52,938 nucleotides of DNA from an uncultured Candidatus Saccharibacteria bacterium (GCA_964526375.1 CAZGLK010000002.1:1-52938), one strand, 5' to 3'; shown: positions 1 to 9,525, counted from the stretch's first letter. Translations and numbers: made by a program. Notes: generated from the sequence alone by a model not told the origin.

Positions 1-95
1 TGCTCCGAATATACGCACAAGTAATTGGGTAACTAGGTAATTAAGTAATTAGGAGCATTCGGATAAATTTGTAGTTTGGGATTATTTTATCAATG
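1..95. repeat. Family-A long imperfect palindromic intergenic element (cut by the window edge)
   Basis: Built from the words GCTCCGAAT / ATTCGGAT / CCTAAT. The outer arm GTAGTTTGGGATTATTTTATC is shared with copies at 9531, 15841, 21171, 37701 and 42582. Confidence 0.8.
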
Positions 96-187
96 TTTAT
101 CACTCTTTTATATCCTTTTTCTGTGGAAAAACCTTGCTAAAATTGCCAAACTAAAAAGCCGTCAAGTGGTATAATTATGAGAAGGGA

Positions 188-607
188 TTAGCTTACTAGC
201 TTCCTAGGCATTAGGAGAAATGATACACACCTACAAAGACCTGATAGTATGGCAGAGATCGATGGAATTAGTCGTGGCTGTTTACGAATTGACCGAACAA
301 TTTCCAAGGGAAGAAATATTTGGTTTGGTTTCTCAAATGAGACGAGCAGCCGTGTCTATACCATCAAACATCGCTGAAGGCAGGCTAAGAGGTTACCGCA
401 AGGAATATAAGCAGTTTTTGCTAAATGCTTTTGGGTCAGGCGGCGAGTTGGAAACACAAATGGAGATAGCTAAAAGATTGCCCAAAACAAGCAAATTGGA
501 TTACCGCAATGTCGATCAGCTACTGGACGAAACCATGCGCATGTTAAATTCAATTATCAATAAACTAAAGCTGCCTAGCGCCTAATATCCTAGTAAGCTA
601 GTAAGCT
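188..607. repeat. Inverted-repeat-flanked cassette carrying a four-helix-bundle gene (family E arms)
   Basis: The left arm AGCTTACTAGCTTCCTAGGCATTAGG (188-215) is the reverse complement of the right arm CCTAATATCCTAGTAAGCTAGTAAGCT (581-607). The same arms occur without a gene at 20523-20618. Confidence 0.75.
220..585 (+). CDS. Four-helix-bundle protein (23S rRNA intervening-sequence protein / Avd-like family)
   Basis: The 121-aa ORF shows the family hallmarks YKDLIVWQ..., RRAAVSIPSNIAEG and GSGGELETQ. The stop codon lies inside the right IR arm. Confidence 0.9.
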   Translation: MIHTYKDLIVWQRSMELVVAVYELTEQFPREEIFGLVSQMRRAAVSIPSNIAEGRLRGYRKEYKQFLLNAFGSGGELETQMEIAKRLPKTSKLDYRNVDQLLDETMRMLNSIINKLKLPSA

Positions 608-613
608 ATAAAT

Positions 614-1384
614 ATGCGTTCTAAAAAACACTTTCCTTGGCTCATCACTGCGGTTTTTTTGGTCGGCCTTATCGGCGGGGCTTATTTGGTTTTGCGAAGC
701 AGTGTTAGCAAAGGCGAGCTGACCTACTCCACTCCGCTCTCGCAGGGCAAAAGCAGTGATGAGCTTTTGGACGAACTCTTAAAACTTAATCAAGCCGAGC
801 AAGACGGCGTCTACATTCCGCCCGAAGACAAAAACCTAACCGAAGGATTTCTTAAAGAAATCATTACAGAGGGCGGCCAAAGCCGGCTAAGCCCCGAAGT
901 GGTGGCCAGCGACGACTTTTTTGTGTCCACCATTCTGCCCTACTTAAAGTCCAACCAAATAGAACTCTTCCCGCCCATACCCGACTCGGTCTTAAAAATC
1001 GCGCTCGACAGCCGCGCCAACAACCAAAAGTATTTTAAGGATACTGAACCCGTTTTAAGCCGCGTGTTTAAGGTAATGCAGGCAGTACCCAAGCTGAATG
1101 TTGAAAACCTAAACGATTTTACCGTGCGAGGCGATCTGCAAGAAAACATCGCCGAGCTGGCCGACACCTTCCAAACGCTGTCGCGCGCGGCCGTGCCCAA
1201 AAAACTTTTGCCCCTGCACAAAAATGTTCTGTTAATGAATTACTCTCTGCAAAAATTCGCCGAAGCTTTGGCCAACAGCCAAGAAGATCCGTTAAAATCC
1301 CTGCTGATAATAAACGAACACGAAGCCCTGGGGGAGTTTTGGAGAGATACTTTGTTGGAATACGATCAAGCCTCAAAGCAATAA
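614..1384 (+). CDS. Hypothetical N-terminally membrane-anchored protein
   Basis: The 256-aa ORF has one N-terminal hydrophobic helix (WLITAVFLVGLIGGAYLVL). I recognise no family. Confidence 0.6.
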   Translation: MRSKKHFPWLITAVFLVGLIGGAYLVLRSSVSKGELTYSTPLSQGKSSDELLDELLKLNQAEQDGVYIPPEDKNLTEGFLKEIITEGGQSRLSPEVVASDDFFVSTILPYLKSNQIELFPPIPDSVLKIALDSRANNQKYFKDTEPVLSRVFKVMQAVPKLNVENLNDFTVRGDLQENIAELADTFQTLSRAAVPKKLLPLHKNVLLMNYSLQKFAEALANSQEDPLKSLLIINEHEALGEFWRDTLLEYDQASKQ

Positions 1385-1488
1385 CCAAGATACAAGGCGC
1401 AAGGTACAAGAAACAATAACCAGGCAAAAAATTTCTAATTCCTAATATCTAATTTCTAATCAATGCCTGATGACAAATTTGTTTAATT

Positions 1489-1934
1489 GAAATCCAAAAC
1501 TCAAAGTTCAAATGTCAAATCAAATCCAAAGCCCAAAGTCCAAGAAGGAATATGATCTTGCAGAAAGAACAGCAAAATTCGGGGAAGACATAATTGAATT
1601 TGCGGGCAGCCTGCCAAACACGCCAATCAACAAACCTCTTATAAGCCAGTTAGTCAGGGCAGGGACAAGCACCGGAGCAAATTACATGGAGGCTGATGCC
1701 GCAGAATCTAAAAAAGATTTCCAGCACAAAATAGCCCTGTGTAAAAAAGAATCCAAAGAAACAATGCACTGGCTAAGAATGACCGCCAAGGCTAATCCCT
1801 CAAAAATGGCAGCCTGCAGAAAACTGTGGAAGGAGGCCCACGAACTTGCCTTGATATTCTCTGCCATATTGCGTAAAAAGTAATTCTTTGAGCTTTGACA
1901 TTGGTTTGAGTTTTGGATTTTGAAATTTGATATT
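1489..1934. repeat. Inverted-repeat-flanked cassette carrying a four-helix-bundle gene (family B arms)
   Basis: The left arm GAAATCCAAAACTCAAAGTTCAAATGTCAAATC pairs with the right arm GAGCTTTGACATTGGTTTGAGTTTTGGATTTTGAAATTTGA. The first codons of the gene are encoded by the arm. Confidence 0.7.
1512..1883 (+). CDS. Four-helix-bundle protein (second subtype)
   Basis: The 123-aa ORF carries the motifs RAGTSTGANYMEA and KESKETMHWL, typical of the family. Confidence 0.85.
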   Translation: MSNQIQSPKSKKEYDLAERTAKFGEDIIEFAGSLPNTPINKPLISQLVRAGTSTGANYMEADAAESKKDFQHKIALCKKESKETMHWLRMTAKANPSKMAACRKLWKEAHELALIFSAILRKK

Positions 1935-1953
1935 TTCTTCTTCGCCAAAGAAT

Positions 1954-4900
1954 ATGGTCAGCCGTCTTAAAAAACTCTTTTCTATTATAACTCTGCTAGC
2001 CATTTTGGGTTCGGTTTTGGTTTCTCCTTTTTCCGTAAAAAAAGCCGATGCTTTCCTTGGCATCCCTGATTTCAACATTACTCTTCAAGATATCCCGCGC
2101 GCCCTTAAATGGATATATGACAAATTTGGCAGAGTTTATATTGAACAGCTGCGCAAGCAGATGATCCGCCAGTTTCAAAACGACATGGTTAACTGGATTC
2201 AAAACGGCGGCCGGCCCAGGTTTGTAGAAAATTTTATGAGGAATTTAGGCCTCGCACACGAACGGGCCGCAGGCCAGGCTTTATCTGATTTGTTTAGCGC
2301 CGAAGGAGTGAATATCTGCTCGCCCTTTAGAGCCAGCTTGCAGGTTCTGATCGCCACCCCGCCAGCCCCAGAAGCAATTGACGTTGGCGTAAGTTGTACC
2401 TTGGGACAAATCAGAGGAAATTTAGATTTGGATAACGGACTTAGAAACTTCGGCGAGAGTTTTGCAGGTAGCATTACTGACAAAGAAAGCGGCTGGAGAA
2501 CCTGGTTCAAACTGCACGAAGCAAACAACACCCTACCCGGCACTTATTTAAGAAGCAAAAGCTTCGTCAGCTCCAATGTTGCCAAGCAGGTAGAGGGCAA
2601 CAAAGCAGAAATCGTCGCATCCGGAGGATTTTTAGATCAAAAATTCTGCCTCAAGGCAGTAAAGATGGCCGTGGTCGTTGATAACTCTACAGAACCCCCA
2701 AACGTTCCCAAAGTTTTTACAGTAGACCTCCGGCGCAATGACACGGCGCTTGAAAATATCGAGGTGATAAGGCTTCAAGAATTCCTCAATAAGTACATGC
2801 GTCTGGGCATTAAAGAAGACGGCATTTTTGGGCCGGAGACGGAAAAAGCGGTAAAATCATTCCAACGAAAACTGTTTCTGGAAGTAGACGGCGTGGTCGG
2901 GGCAGAAACAAGGCAAGCTTTGGATGACGTCAGTTATAGTTTGTCGCCGGCATCTCTCCAAGAAGCGGCCAAAGCCGTATCCTATGAATATGAAACGGTT
3001 GATTACAGCGGAGAAAACCAAGGCAGCGGTATTTCCATGAACGATTTGCCGCAAAACGAAAGGTGCACCGAGACAAGAACCGTCACTCCCGGATCTGTCA
3101 TTGGCCACGAAATTACCGGCAATCTTCAAAAAACCGGCATAGACAGCATTATTAACGCCAAGGAATTAACCCAATTTATCAGCGCGGTAATAGACGCAAT
3201 GATCAACCGGGTTGCCCGTGAAGGCTTGTCCTTAATAAAAACCGGCCGGGGTTCTTGGAGTAAGCCCAGAACCAGCGGGGGAACGCAGCAAGACAAAAGT
3301 AGAACCAGAACAGCGGAGGATATTCAGGGGTTAGAAGGTCCGCAAGCGGCTGAATTGCTAAACATGGTAATAGATTTTAATGTTAACACCCAAAAACTGC
3401 AAAATGACTTAGGAAAATTGATCGCTGGGGAAAACAAAACAGAAAGTTTCGCCACTCGGCTTGATCTTTTGTTTACGGACAAGGTGTCTGTTTACAACAC
3501 CACTGCAAATTCCTGGACCCCCCGTCTTTGCGCCGGAGGATTTAGAGGTTTTGTTGACGGCTGCATGTACGGCTCCGGAGCGGAAAAAAACCTTAACATA
3601 GAAACAAATAATCCTGGCCCATATCTGGCGAACAAAATATTTCACCAAAAACTAAAAGAAAAATGGGAGCTAGTGAGTAATCTGTTTAACGGCGTTAGCA
3701 CGGAGACTCTTATTACCGGCGCAACCATGAACGGTGAGCTGGCCAAGTCCAGTTGTAGAGTTCCGGATGTAAGAATCACTCTTACCCCTGAAGACGAAAA
3801 TCATCTGCCGTTTTACGACGGCGAGGGCACGACTTTTCAGTTGAAAGACAGCAAGGTTACCAACTATACGGGAGAGCTTGCCGCGGCCGTAAAAATCAAT
3901 GCCGCTACATTAGAAACAGAGACTGGTGCAGTGGCTGGTTGGGAAACTTATCTTCCTAGCGCCATTGGCATGGCTAATACTGAAATCAGCGCCAACGATA
4001 ATGCTGCTGCCGCTTACGACGGCCTTATAACCAAACTAAAAGAACAGAAGGATGCCATTAAAAAAGACCTTGATTACGCCCAAGACATTACTCCCAAGAT
4101 TGTGCTTTACGCCAGCATTCTTATGGACTACGACCGGGCCGGCAGAAGTAAGGGCCTTGGCGGCGAAAACATCAACCTTGTTGGTAAATTCAAAAACTAC
4201 GCCGATGCTTTGAACAACCGCTATAAAATCACGCCGGAAAAAGCGGCGGCAGTATTGAGTAGCCCCAGGTGGGTTGAGGCAAGACTCTCTGTAGGAACCG
4301 TAACCAGCGAAATCGCGCTTGATGTAGCTAAAGAGGAATTATTAAATGCCCAAACAGCCACCCGCAATGAATGGTTAAGAATTCAACGAATAATAAGCGC
4401 CGCCCCGGATGCCAATCCCACAATTGGCCCGACAAACGACCCCGCTACCGGTGATCCCCTCACTGTTGACCCTACCCAAAAAATCAGAGCCATAGAGAAA
4501 ATCCCCATAATTGAAGCCGCCGTTCAACTCATTGAACAATCTCTTTTGCCCGCTGAAGCCGATTCTACAGATAAACTGCGCGATCCCATAGAGATTGGCC
4601 TTAGCCCGTCGGAGGCAGTGGGGCAAGCCATGGCCAATCTGCCCGACGGCCATAAATACAAACTAAGCCAAAGCATTGAACAGCTAAGCAATGAGCTGGA
4701 ATTGCGGGATTCCCAGATCAGCCGCCAAAAATCGGAGGCGGGCAATGTTTTGGGCAAATTTGAGGGCGACCCTATTATAAGAGCCGAATTCGGCGTGGAG
4801 GGCGGCGACAGCGAATGGGAGAGATATTTTAAAAACCGCTACCAATATGCCTATGTAGCTTTTATTTATGACTACTATAAACATTACTTTAAATGTGAGG

Positions 4901-5232
4901 AGGGTGGCGGAACATCGAGGGTAACCCCCGGAGTGAGCGGCAATAGATCGCCGGCCCCCAAACCCTTAATAGAGTATAAAAGTTCGGGGTTTTCACCAAA
5001 CTCTCTCTCCATCTCCATAACAGCCGGCTCGACCGTAACTTTTAAAAACAGCTCCGCACAATCAATAACAATCAGTTCAATAGGTGACTTTGCGCCCAGC
5101 GGCTGGTCAAATATCTCCTTAGGTATTAGCAGCGCCGACAACACGCGAGATTTTACTTTTTCAAGTGCGGATCGTTACAGATTTAAAACCGATGCCAGCA
5201 ATTATAGTCTAGAAGTAAGTGTTAATAGATGA
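1954..5232 (+). CDS. Large secreted/anchored protein with a peptidoglycan-binding (PG_binding_1-like) repeat and a cupredoxin-like C-terminus; T4SS-associated
   Basis: The ORF track gives 1927-5232 with a TTG start; an ATG at 1954 is followed by a signal/TM segment. LQEFLNKYMRLGIKEDGIFGPETEKAVKSFQRKLFLEVDGVVGAETRQAL looks like a PG-binding domain. The C-terminus ITAGSTVTFKNSS is cupredoxin-like. Confidence 0.75.
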   Translation: MVSRLKKLFSIITLLAILGSVLVSPFSVKKADAFLGIPDFNITLQDIPRALKWIYDKFGRVYIEQLRKQMIRQFQNDMVNWIQNGGRPRFVENFMRNLGLAHERAAGQALSDLFSAEGVNICSPFRASLQVLIATPPAPEAIDVGVSCTLGQIRGNLDLDNGLRNFGESFAGSITDKESGWRTWFKLHEANNTLPGTYLRSKSFVSSNVAKQVEGNKAEIVASGGFLDQKFCLKAVKMAVVVDNSTEPPNVPKVFTVDLRRNDTALENIEVIRLQEFLNKYMRLGIKEDGIFGPETEKAVKSFQRKLFLEVDGVVGAETRQALDDVSYSLSPASLQEAAKAVSYEYETVDYSGENQGSGISMNDLPQNERCTETRTVTPGSVIGHEITGNLQKTGIDSIINAKELTQFISAVIDAMINRVAREGLSLIKTGRGSWSKPRTSGGTQQDKSRTRTAEDIQGLEGPQAAELLNMVIDFNVNTQKLQNDLGKLIAGENKTESFATRLDLLFTDKVSVYNTTANSWTPRLCAGGFRGFVDGCMYGSGAEKNLNIETNNPGPYLANKIFHQKLKEKWELVSNLFNGVSTETLITGATMNGELAKSSCRVPDVRITLTPEDENHLPFYDGEGTTFQLKDSKVTNYTGELAAAVKINAATLETETGAVAGWETYLPSAIGMANTEISANDNAAAAYDGLITKLKEQKDAIKKDLDYAQDITPKIVLYASILMDYDRAGRSKGLGGENINLVGKFKNYADALNNRYKITPEKAAAVLSSPRWVEARLSVGTVTSEIALDVAKEELLNAQTATRNEWLRIQRIISAAPDANPTIGPTNDPATGDPLTVDPTQKIRAIEKIPIIEAAVQLIEQSLLPAEADSTDKLRDPIEIGLSPSEAVGQAMANLPDGHKYKLSQSIEQLSNELELRDSQISRQKSEAGNVLGKFEGDPIIRAEFGVEGGDSEWERYFKNRYQYAYVAFIYDYYKHYFKCEEGGGTSRVTPGVSGNRSPAPKPLIEYKSSGFSPNSLSISITAGSTVTFKNSSAQSITISSIGDFAPSGWSNISLGISSADNTRDFTFSSADRYRFKTDASNYSLEVSVNR

Positions 5233-5271
5233 TTCGCCCACAAAGTCGGGGGCAAGGTCAAACATACATTA

Positions 5272-7272
5272 ATGACCACTAGATTATTCGAGCCACGAAA
5301 GGCAGTGTTGCTGTTGGTCCTAACAGCCTTGTTTTTGCTCGTCCCGCTAAAACCGGCTTGGGCGGTTTTTGATTGCATCACGGATCCGATTGATTGCTTC
5401 ACCGATATTGTTTTGGTGGTTATAAACCTGGTGGTTGATTTTGTTGGTCTGGTTTTAATCGGCATTGCGGCCTCCGTAGTTAATTTTGTTTTTAATTTTC
5501 AGGGCTTTATTAAGGTGCCGGCGGTGCAGATCGGCTGGACTATGACTCGGGATGTTGCGAATATGGCTTTTATTTTAATAATGCTGGCCATGGCTTTTGG
5601 CACTATTTTGCGATATGAAAGCTATGGCTGGAAAAAGCTTCTGCCAAGATTGGTTATTATGGCGCTTCTTTTAAACTTTAGCCTGCTTATTGCCGGTGCG
5701 GTTATTGATGTCGGAAACAGCTTGGCCAGGTTTTTTATTACCGGCGGAGGAGACAATGATGTGGGAGACTTAATAATGACCTCCATTAGGGCCGGCTCCA
5801 TTGCCCAGTTGCGAAATAATGTCAGCGCTGGCAGCACAGGCACCGCCGTCGGCTCCGCCCTTAACTCCTTAATTATGGCATCTGTAATCCAGCTTATTTT
5901 TTATGTGGTTATTGCTTTTTTGCTTTTTGCTTTAGGTTTTATGATGATCTATCGCATTGTTCACTTATGGGTTCAGATTATTATGGCCCCCTTAGCCTGG
6001 GTGGGCTGGGCAATTCCTTTTGCCAGCGGATCAGCCAAAAAATGGTGGACCAGTTTCTTGCAATGGGCGTTTTTTCCGGCTTATGTTGGCTTTTTTATTT
6101 TTTTAGGAGCCTTGGTCGGCTCTACTTTAGGAGCCACGGATTTTAACCTCTTTGCCAAAGATGTAGGTGGTTTTTGGGACTGGCTTATTCCCACCACGCT
6201 TTTTTCCACCATAATGCAATTTATTGTGGTAATTACCATTCTCTTTATGGGCCTGAACAAAGCCAATAGCTGGGGCATAAGCGGCGCCAAAATGATGGTG
6301 GCCGCGGCCGAAAAAGGGCAAAAGTGGGCCAAGGACCAAGCTAAAACTTATGGCAAACGAGCTGCCGGGCGTCTGGCGGAAAAAGCTTTATACAAAAAAG
6401 GTGAGGGTGGCAAGAGAACCGATTTAAGAGAAGGCTTGCAAAGATTAGCTGGCACCGGCTACGGCGTTGGCAGGGTTGTTGGCCAAGCTCTGCGTTTGCC
6501 CACGGCTTTGATTGAACAACGCCAAAAACTAGTCAAGGGGGCCGAAGACAAGCTAAAGGGCAACTCCACGGCCACATTAAAGACAATATTTGCCGGCTTG
6601 GATGACATGGCAAAAGCCGCAATTTTGCGAGTTCTGGCCGACCGAGGCGATCTGGAATTTGTCAGCGAGGAAACCCTTATTGACAGAAAATTTAAGAAGG
6701 CGGGGTCAGACAAGAAATTCAAAGACCTTTCTGACACAGAAAAAGAGGCCGAACGGGCCCAGCTTACCGAGGAAGAAAAGAGAGAGATCGGCAAAATCAA
6801 TGAGGACAAAATGGGCGGAATAACCCAAGCCCGCTTTGAAGCGGCTCTAAAATTTAACGGCACGGCGGGGCTGGATAAAGAAATACTGAACGCCGCCCCG
6901 CAGTTTGCCGAAATCGTCGGCAAGAAAATAAAGGATGTTATTGAAAAAATATCTCCTGCCAATGCCGCTAAGATACAAGCTGGTTCCTTACAATTGCCGG
7001 AAGTCCAACAGGCTATTAAGGAAGCCCTAATGAATAATAAGTGGGACGGGAGTCAATTAAGCAGTATCGGCCAGAAAAATCCCAAGGCCTTAACCGATCT
7101 TATGGAATTTTTGGACAAGATGAGCGATGAAGAAAAGAGCAAGATGGCTAAGAGAACCCAAAATTACATGAAGGCTGGCGGCTATATTACCTTTACGCCT
7201 ACGCCGGAACCTACGGCAGAACCTACGCCGGCACCAACACCTGCACCAGCTCCAGCTCGCGGCGAGATATAA
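5272..7272 (+). CDS. VirB6/TrbL-like polytopic membrane protein with a long charged, Pro-rich tail
   Basis: The 666-aa ORF has at least 6 hydrophobic helices in its first 330 aa. A K/E-rich tail ends in TPTPEPTAEPTPAPTPAPAPA. It sits upstream of PrgI and VirB4. Confidence 0.7.
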   Translation: MTTRLFEPRKAVLLLVLTALFLLVPLKPAWAVFDCITDPIDCFTDIVLVVINLVVDFVGLVLIGIAASVVNFVFNFQGFIKVPAVQIGWTMTRDVANMAFILIMLAMAFGTILRYESYGWKKLLPRLVIMALLLNFSLLIAGAVIDVGNSLARFFITGGGDNDVGDLIMTSIRAGSIAQLRNNVSAGSTGTAVGSALNSLIMASVIQLIFYVVIAFLLFALGFMMIYRIVHLWVQIIMAPLAWVGWAIPFASGSAKKWWTSFLQWAFFPAYVGFFIFLGALVGSTLGATDFNLFAKDVGGFWDWLIPTTLFSTIMQFIVVITILFMGLNKANSWGISGAKMMVAAAEKGQKWAKDQAKTYGKRAAGRLAEKALYKKGEGGKRTDLREGLQRLAGTGYGVGRVVGQALRLPTALIEQRQKLVKGAEDKLKGNSTATLKTIFAGLDDMAKAAILRVLADRGDLEFVSEETLIDRKFKKAGSDKKFKDLSDTEKEAERAQLTEEEKREIGKINEDKMGGITQARFEAALKFNGTAGLDKEILNAAPQFAEIVGKKIKDVIEKISPANAAKIQAGSLQLPEVQQAIKEALMNNKWDGSQLSSIGQKNPKALTDLMEFLDKMSDEEKSKMAKRTQNYMKAGGYITFTPTPEPTAEPTPAPTPAPAPARGEI

Positions 7273-7290
7273 CATCTAAACACACAAATC

Positions 7291-7980
7291 ATGGCACAAC
7301 TTACTCCATCATTAAAAGAAGAAATAATGAGCATAAAAAATCCAGTTATCAGGTCGCGCTGGCAGAGGTTTTTTGTTATTCCGCAAGACTTACAGCAAGC
7401 TTTGTTTGGCGAACCGTTTGCTGAAAATGTTTGGGGCATTACCAAAGAAAAGTACGATCTGCCCGACGCCAGCGTGAGCGCCGTGGCCAGAATCATCGGC
7501 CTGATATTTTTGGGCGAACTGCCCATTAAAAATTTTATTGTGGCTTTAAGGGACAACCTTAAAATAGACGCGGCCAAAGCCGCGGCCATCGCCCAAGATA
7601 TCAACGCCGCTATTTTCCAGCCGGTCAGAGAAAGTTTGATGGCGGTGCACAACATACCGCAGACTAACGCGGACTATACGCAGACCAACGCGGACAACAA
7701 TCAGCGCAATACCAATAATATCAACCAAGTTCCAAGTTCCAAGTTCCAAGTTCCAAACAACGCACCGCCTCCCGTATCGCTAGACGAGCTCGATAAGCAC
7801 AACCCCACCAACGATCCGCGATCCAAGATCCAAGATCCAAGATACAAGACACAAGCCCCCAAACCCTACCAAGCCAAACAAACCGTTTACCTCGTGCCTA
7901 AAAAGAATGTGGTGGATTTAAGAAACATCAAGAGAAAGAGGTATAATAAGAGCAGGTATGAGGGGTTTTTCAGCGCGTAA
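7291..7980 (+). CDS. Hypothetical protein whose C-terminal half is encoded by low-complexity word repeats
   Basis: The first 120 aa of this 229-aa ORF look like ordinary protein. The rest translates ACGCGGAC, CAAGTTC and CAAGATC type repeats. Confidence 0.5.
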   Translation: MAQLTPSLKEEIMSIKNPVIRSRWQRFFVIPQDLQQALFGEPFAENVWGITKEKYDLPDASVSAVARIIGLIFLGELPIKNFIVALRDNLKIDAAKAAAIAQDINAAIFQPVRESLMAVHNIPQTNADYTQTNADNNQRNTNNINQVPSSKFQVPNNAPPPVSLDELDKHNPTNDPRSKIQDPRYKTQAPKPYQAKQTVYLVPKKNVVDLRNIKRKRYNKSRYEGFFSA

Positions 7981-7985
7981 CTCGT

Positions 7986-8457
7986 GAATAAGGAATTAGG
8001 AATTATGAATTAGGATATGAATTAGGAATGGTGTAAATTATGAATGAATACGGAAATCCAAGCAAAATACAATCATTTACTGATTTAGACGCCTGGAAAG
8101 AAGGGCATAAACTGGTTTTAATGGTCTATGAGACAACCATGACTTTTCCCAGAGAAGAAACTTTTGGCTTAACAAGTCAAAAAAGACGCTGCGTGGTATC
8201 CATAACTTCTAATATAGCCGAGGGATTCAGCCGACAATCCTACAAAGAAAAGGTGCGGTTTTACTCCATGGCGCAGGGATCGGTAACGGAGCTACAAAAT
8301 CAGCTACTTATAGCCAGAGATGTTGGTTATGTACCAACCGACAAATTCCAAACAATCGCAGAACAGTCAGTAAAGGTTCATAAAATAATCAGTGGATTGA
8401 TCAAGAAAACAAAAACGCTGTCTTAATTCCTTATTCCTAATTCATTATTCATAATTC
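7986..8457. repeat. Inverted-repeat-flanked cassette carrying a four-helix-bundle gene (family D arms)
   Basis: The left arm is GAATAAGGAATTAGGAATTATGAATTAGG. The right arm CTTAATTCCTTATTCCTAATTCATTATTCATAATTC is its approximate reverse complement. Confidence 0.7.
8040..8426 (+). CDS. Four-helix-bundle protein (23S IVS / Avd-like)
   Basis: The 128-aa ORF carries FTDLDAWKEGHKL, SITSNIAEGFSR and GSVTELQNQL. Confidence 0.9.
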   Translation: MNEYGNPSKIQSFTDLDAWKEGHKLVLMVYETTMTFPREETFGLTSQKRRCVVSITSNIAEGFSRQSYKEKVRFYSMAQGSVTELQNQLLIARDVGYVPTDKFQTIAEQSVKVHKIISGLIKKTKTLS

Positions 8458-8733
8458 ATGCAATATCAGGTTCCCCAATTCATAGAACTAGAAGACAAAA
8501 TCGTGGGGCCGCTCACCCTAAAGCAGTTTGGCTACATTGCCGGCGCGGGCGCGATTTGTTTTTTGTTCTTTTTTACGCTCAAGTTCGGATTCGCCCTGTC
8601 TTTGTCGGTGCCCGTGGGCAGTTTGGCTTTGGCTTTGGCTTTTGGCAAAGTAAAGGGTACCGCCATGCCGCGTTATTTGATGTCCATGATCGGATTCGCG
8701 CTTAAACCGCAGATGTACTTTTGGCGGAAATGA
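8458..8733 (+). CDS. PrgI-family (VirB3-like) small membrane protein
   Basis: The 91-aa ORF starts MQYQVPQFIELEDKIVGPLTLKQF and has two TM helices. This is the classic PrgI layout, and it lies upstream of VirB4. Confidence 0.75.
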   Translation: MQYQVPQFIELEDKIVGPLTLKQFGYIAGAGAICFLFFFTLKFGFALSLSVPVGSLALALAFGKVKGTAMPRYLMSMIGFALKPQMYFWRK

Positions 8734-8836
8734 CAAATTTCAAAGCTCAAATGACAAACCAAATCCAAAAAACTAAATACCGGCTTTGAGTTTTGGGTTT
8801 TGAGTTTTATTTGACATTTGGATTTTGACATTTGTA
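8731..8836. repeat. Family-B palindrome, empty form
   Basis: TGACAAATTTCAAAGCTCAAATGACAAA ... TTTGACATTTGGATTTTGACATTTG form a hairpin with no ORF inside. Confidence 0.75.
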
Positions 8837-8847
8837 ATTTCTATCTT

Positions 8848-9525
8848 ATGGAGTCTTCCACCCACCAACTTATAGATGTCCAAACCGTGCGCGATAATGT
8901 GGTCGTGCTTAAGAACAAAAACTTAAGGGCGGTGTTGGCCGTTTCCTCCATAAATTTCGGCCTAAAGTCGCAAGACGAACAGCAGGCCATTGTGGAACGC
9001 TTTCAAGACCTCACCAACTCGCTGGACTACAGCCTGCAGATACTAATCCAGTCGCGCACTCTGGACATATCCGAATATATGGCTTTTTTGAACGAGCGCG
9101 CCGAGGTCCAGACCAACGAGCTCCTAAAGATTCAAACGGCCGAGTATATCAGTTTTATCAATGAACTTATAAAACTTTCCAATGTAATGTCTAAAATGTT
9201 TTTTGTGGTGGTGCCGCTTAACAAGGCTTTGGCCGCGGTGGAAGGATCAAGCTGGTTTGGCAAAATTCCCTTCTTAAAAAAACAGGAGCCCGACGGAAAG
9301 ATCAGCGCCGCCGACTTAAACTTTGAGGCCTCCAAAAACGAACTTACGCAGAGGGTGGATCAAGTTACCAGCCTGCTCAGCGCCATGGGCCTGCGGGCAA
9401 TACCCCTGGAGCGCGAAGAATTGATTGAGCTTTTGTACACCAGTTACAACCCCGGCGCGGTGCTGAAGCAAAAGAATATGGAATTGCTGATTGCGACGGG
9501 GGAGGAAGCTAAGAAAGCAGAATAA
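8848..9525 (+). CDS. VirB4 N-terminal-domain-like protein without an NTPase domain
   Basis: An ATG at 8848 follows the repeat; the track start at 8818 is a TTG inside the repeat. The sequence LIDVQTVRDNVVVLKNKNLRAVLAVSSINFGLKSQDEQ resembles the N-terminal module of Gram-positive VirB4/PrgJ proteins. No Walker motifs are present. Confidence 0.55.
   Translation: MESSTHQLIDVQTVRDNVVVLKNKNLRAVLAVSSINFGLKSQDEQQAIVERFQDLTNSLDYSLQILIQSRTLDISEYMAFLNERAEVQTNELLKIQTAEYISFINELIKLSNVMSKMFFVVVPLNKALAAVEGSSWFGKIPFLKKQEPDGKISAADLNFEASKNELTQRVDQVTSLLSAMGLRAIPLEREELIELLYTSYNPGAVLKQKNMELLIATGEEAKKAE

Noticed and set aside
940-1427. Antisense ORFs within well-supported genes. Examples are 940-1221, 1119-1427, 10737-11120, 18061-18513, 24669-25049, 44638-45261 and 46735-47193.
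   Set aside because: Each is fully embedded opposite a gene with clear family motifs. They lack an SD and any recognisable sequence.
220-8426. A diversity-generating retroelement, because the four-helix-bundle proteins are Avd-like.
   Set aside because: The window has no reverse transcriptase ORF and no TR/VR pair with adenine-specific differences. The only long repeat (232 nt) is identical in both copies.
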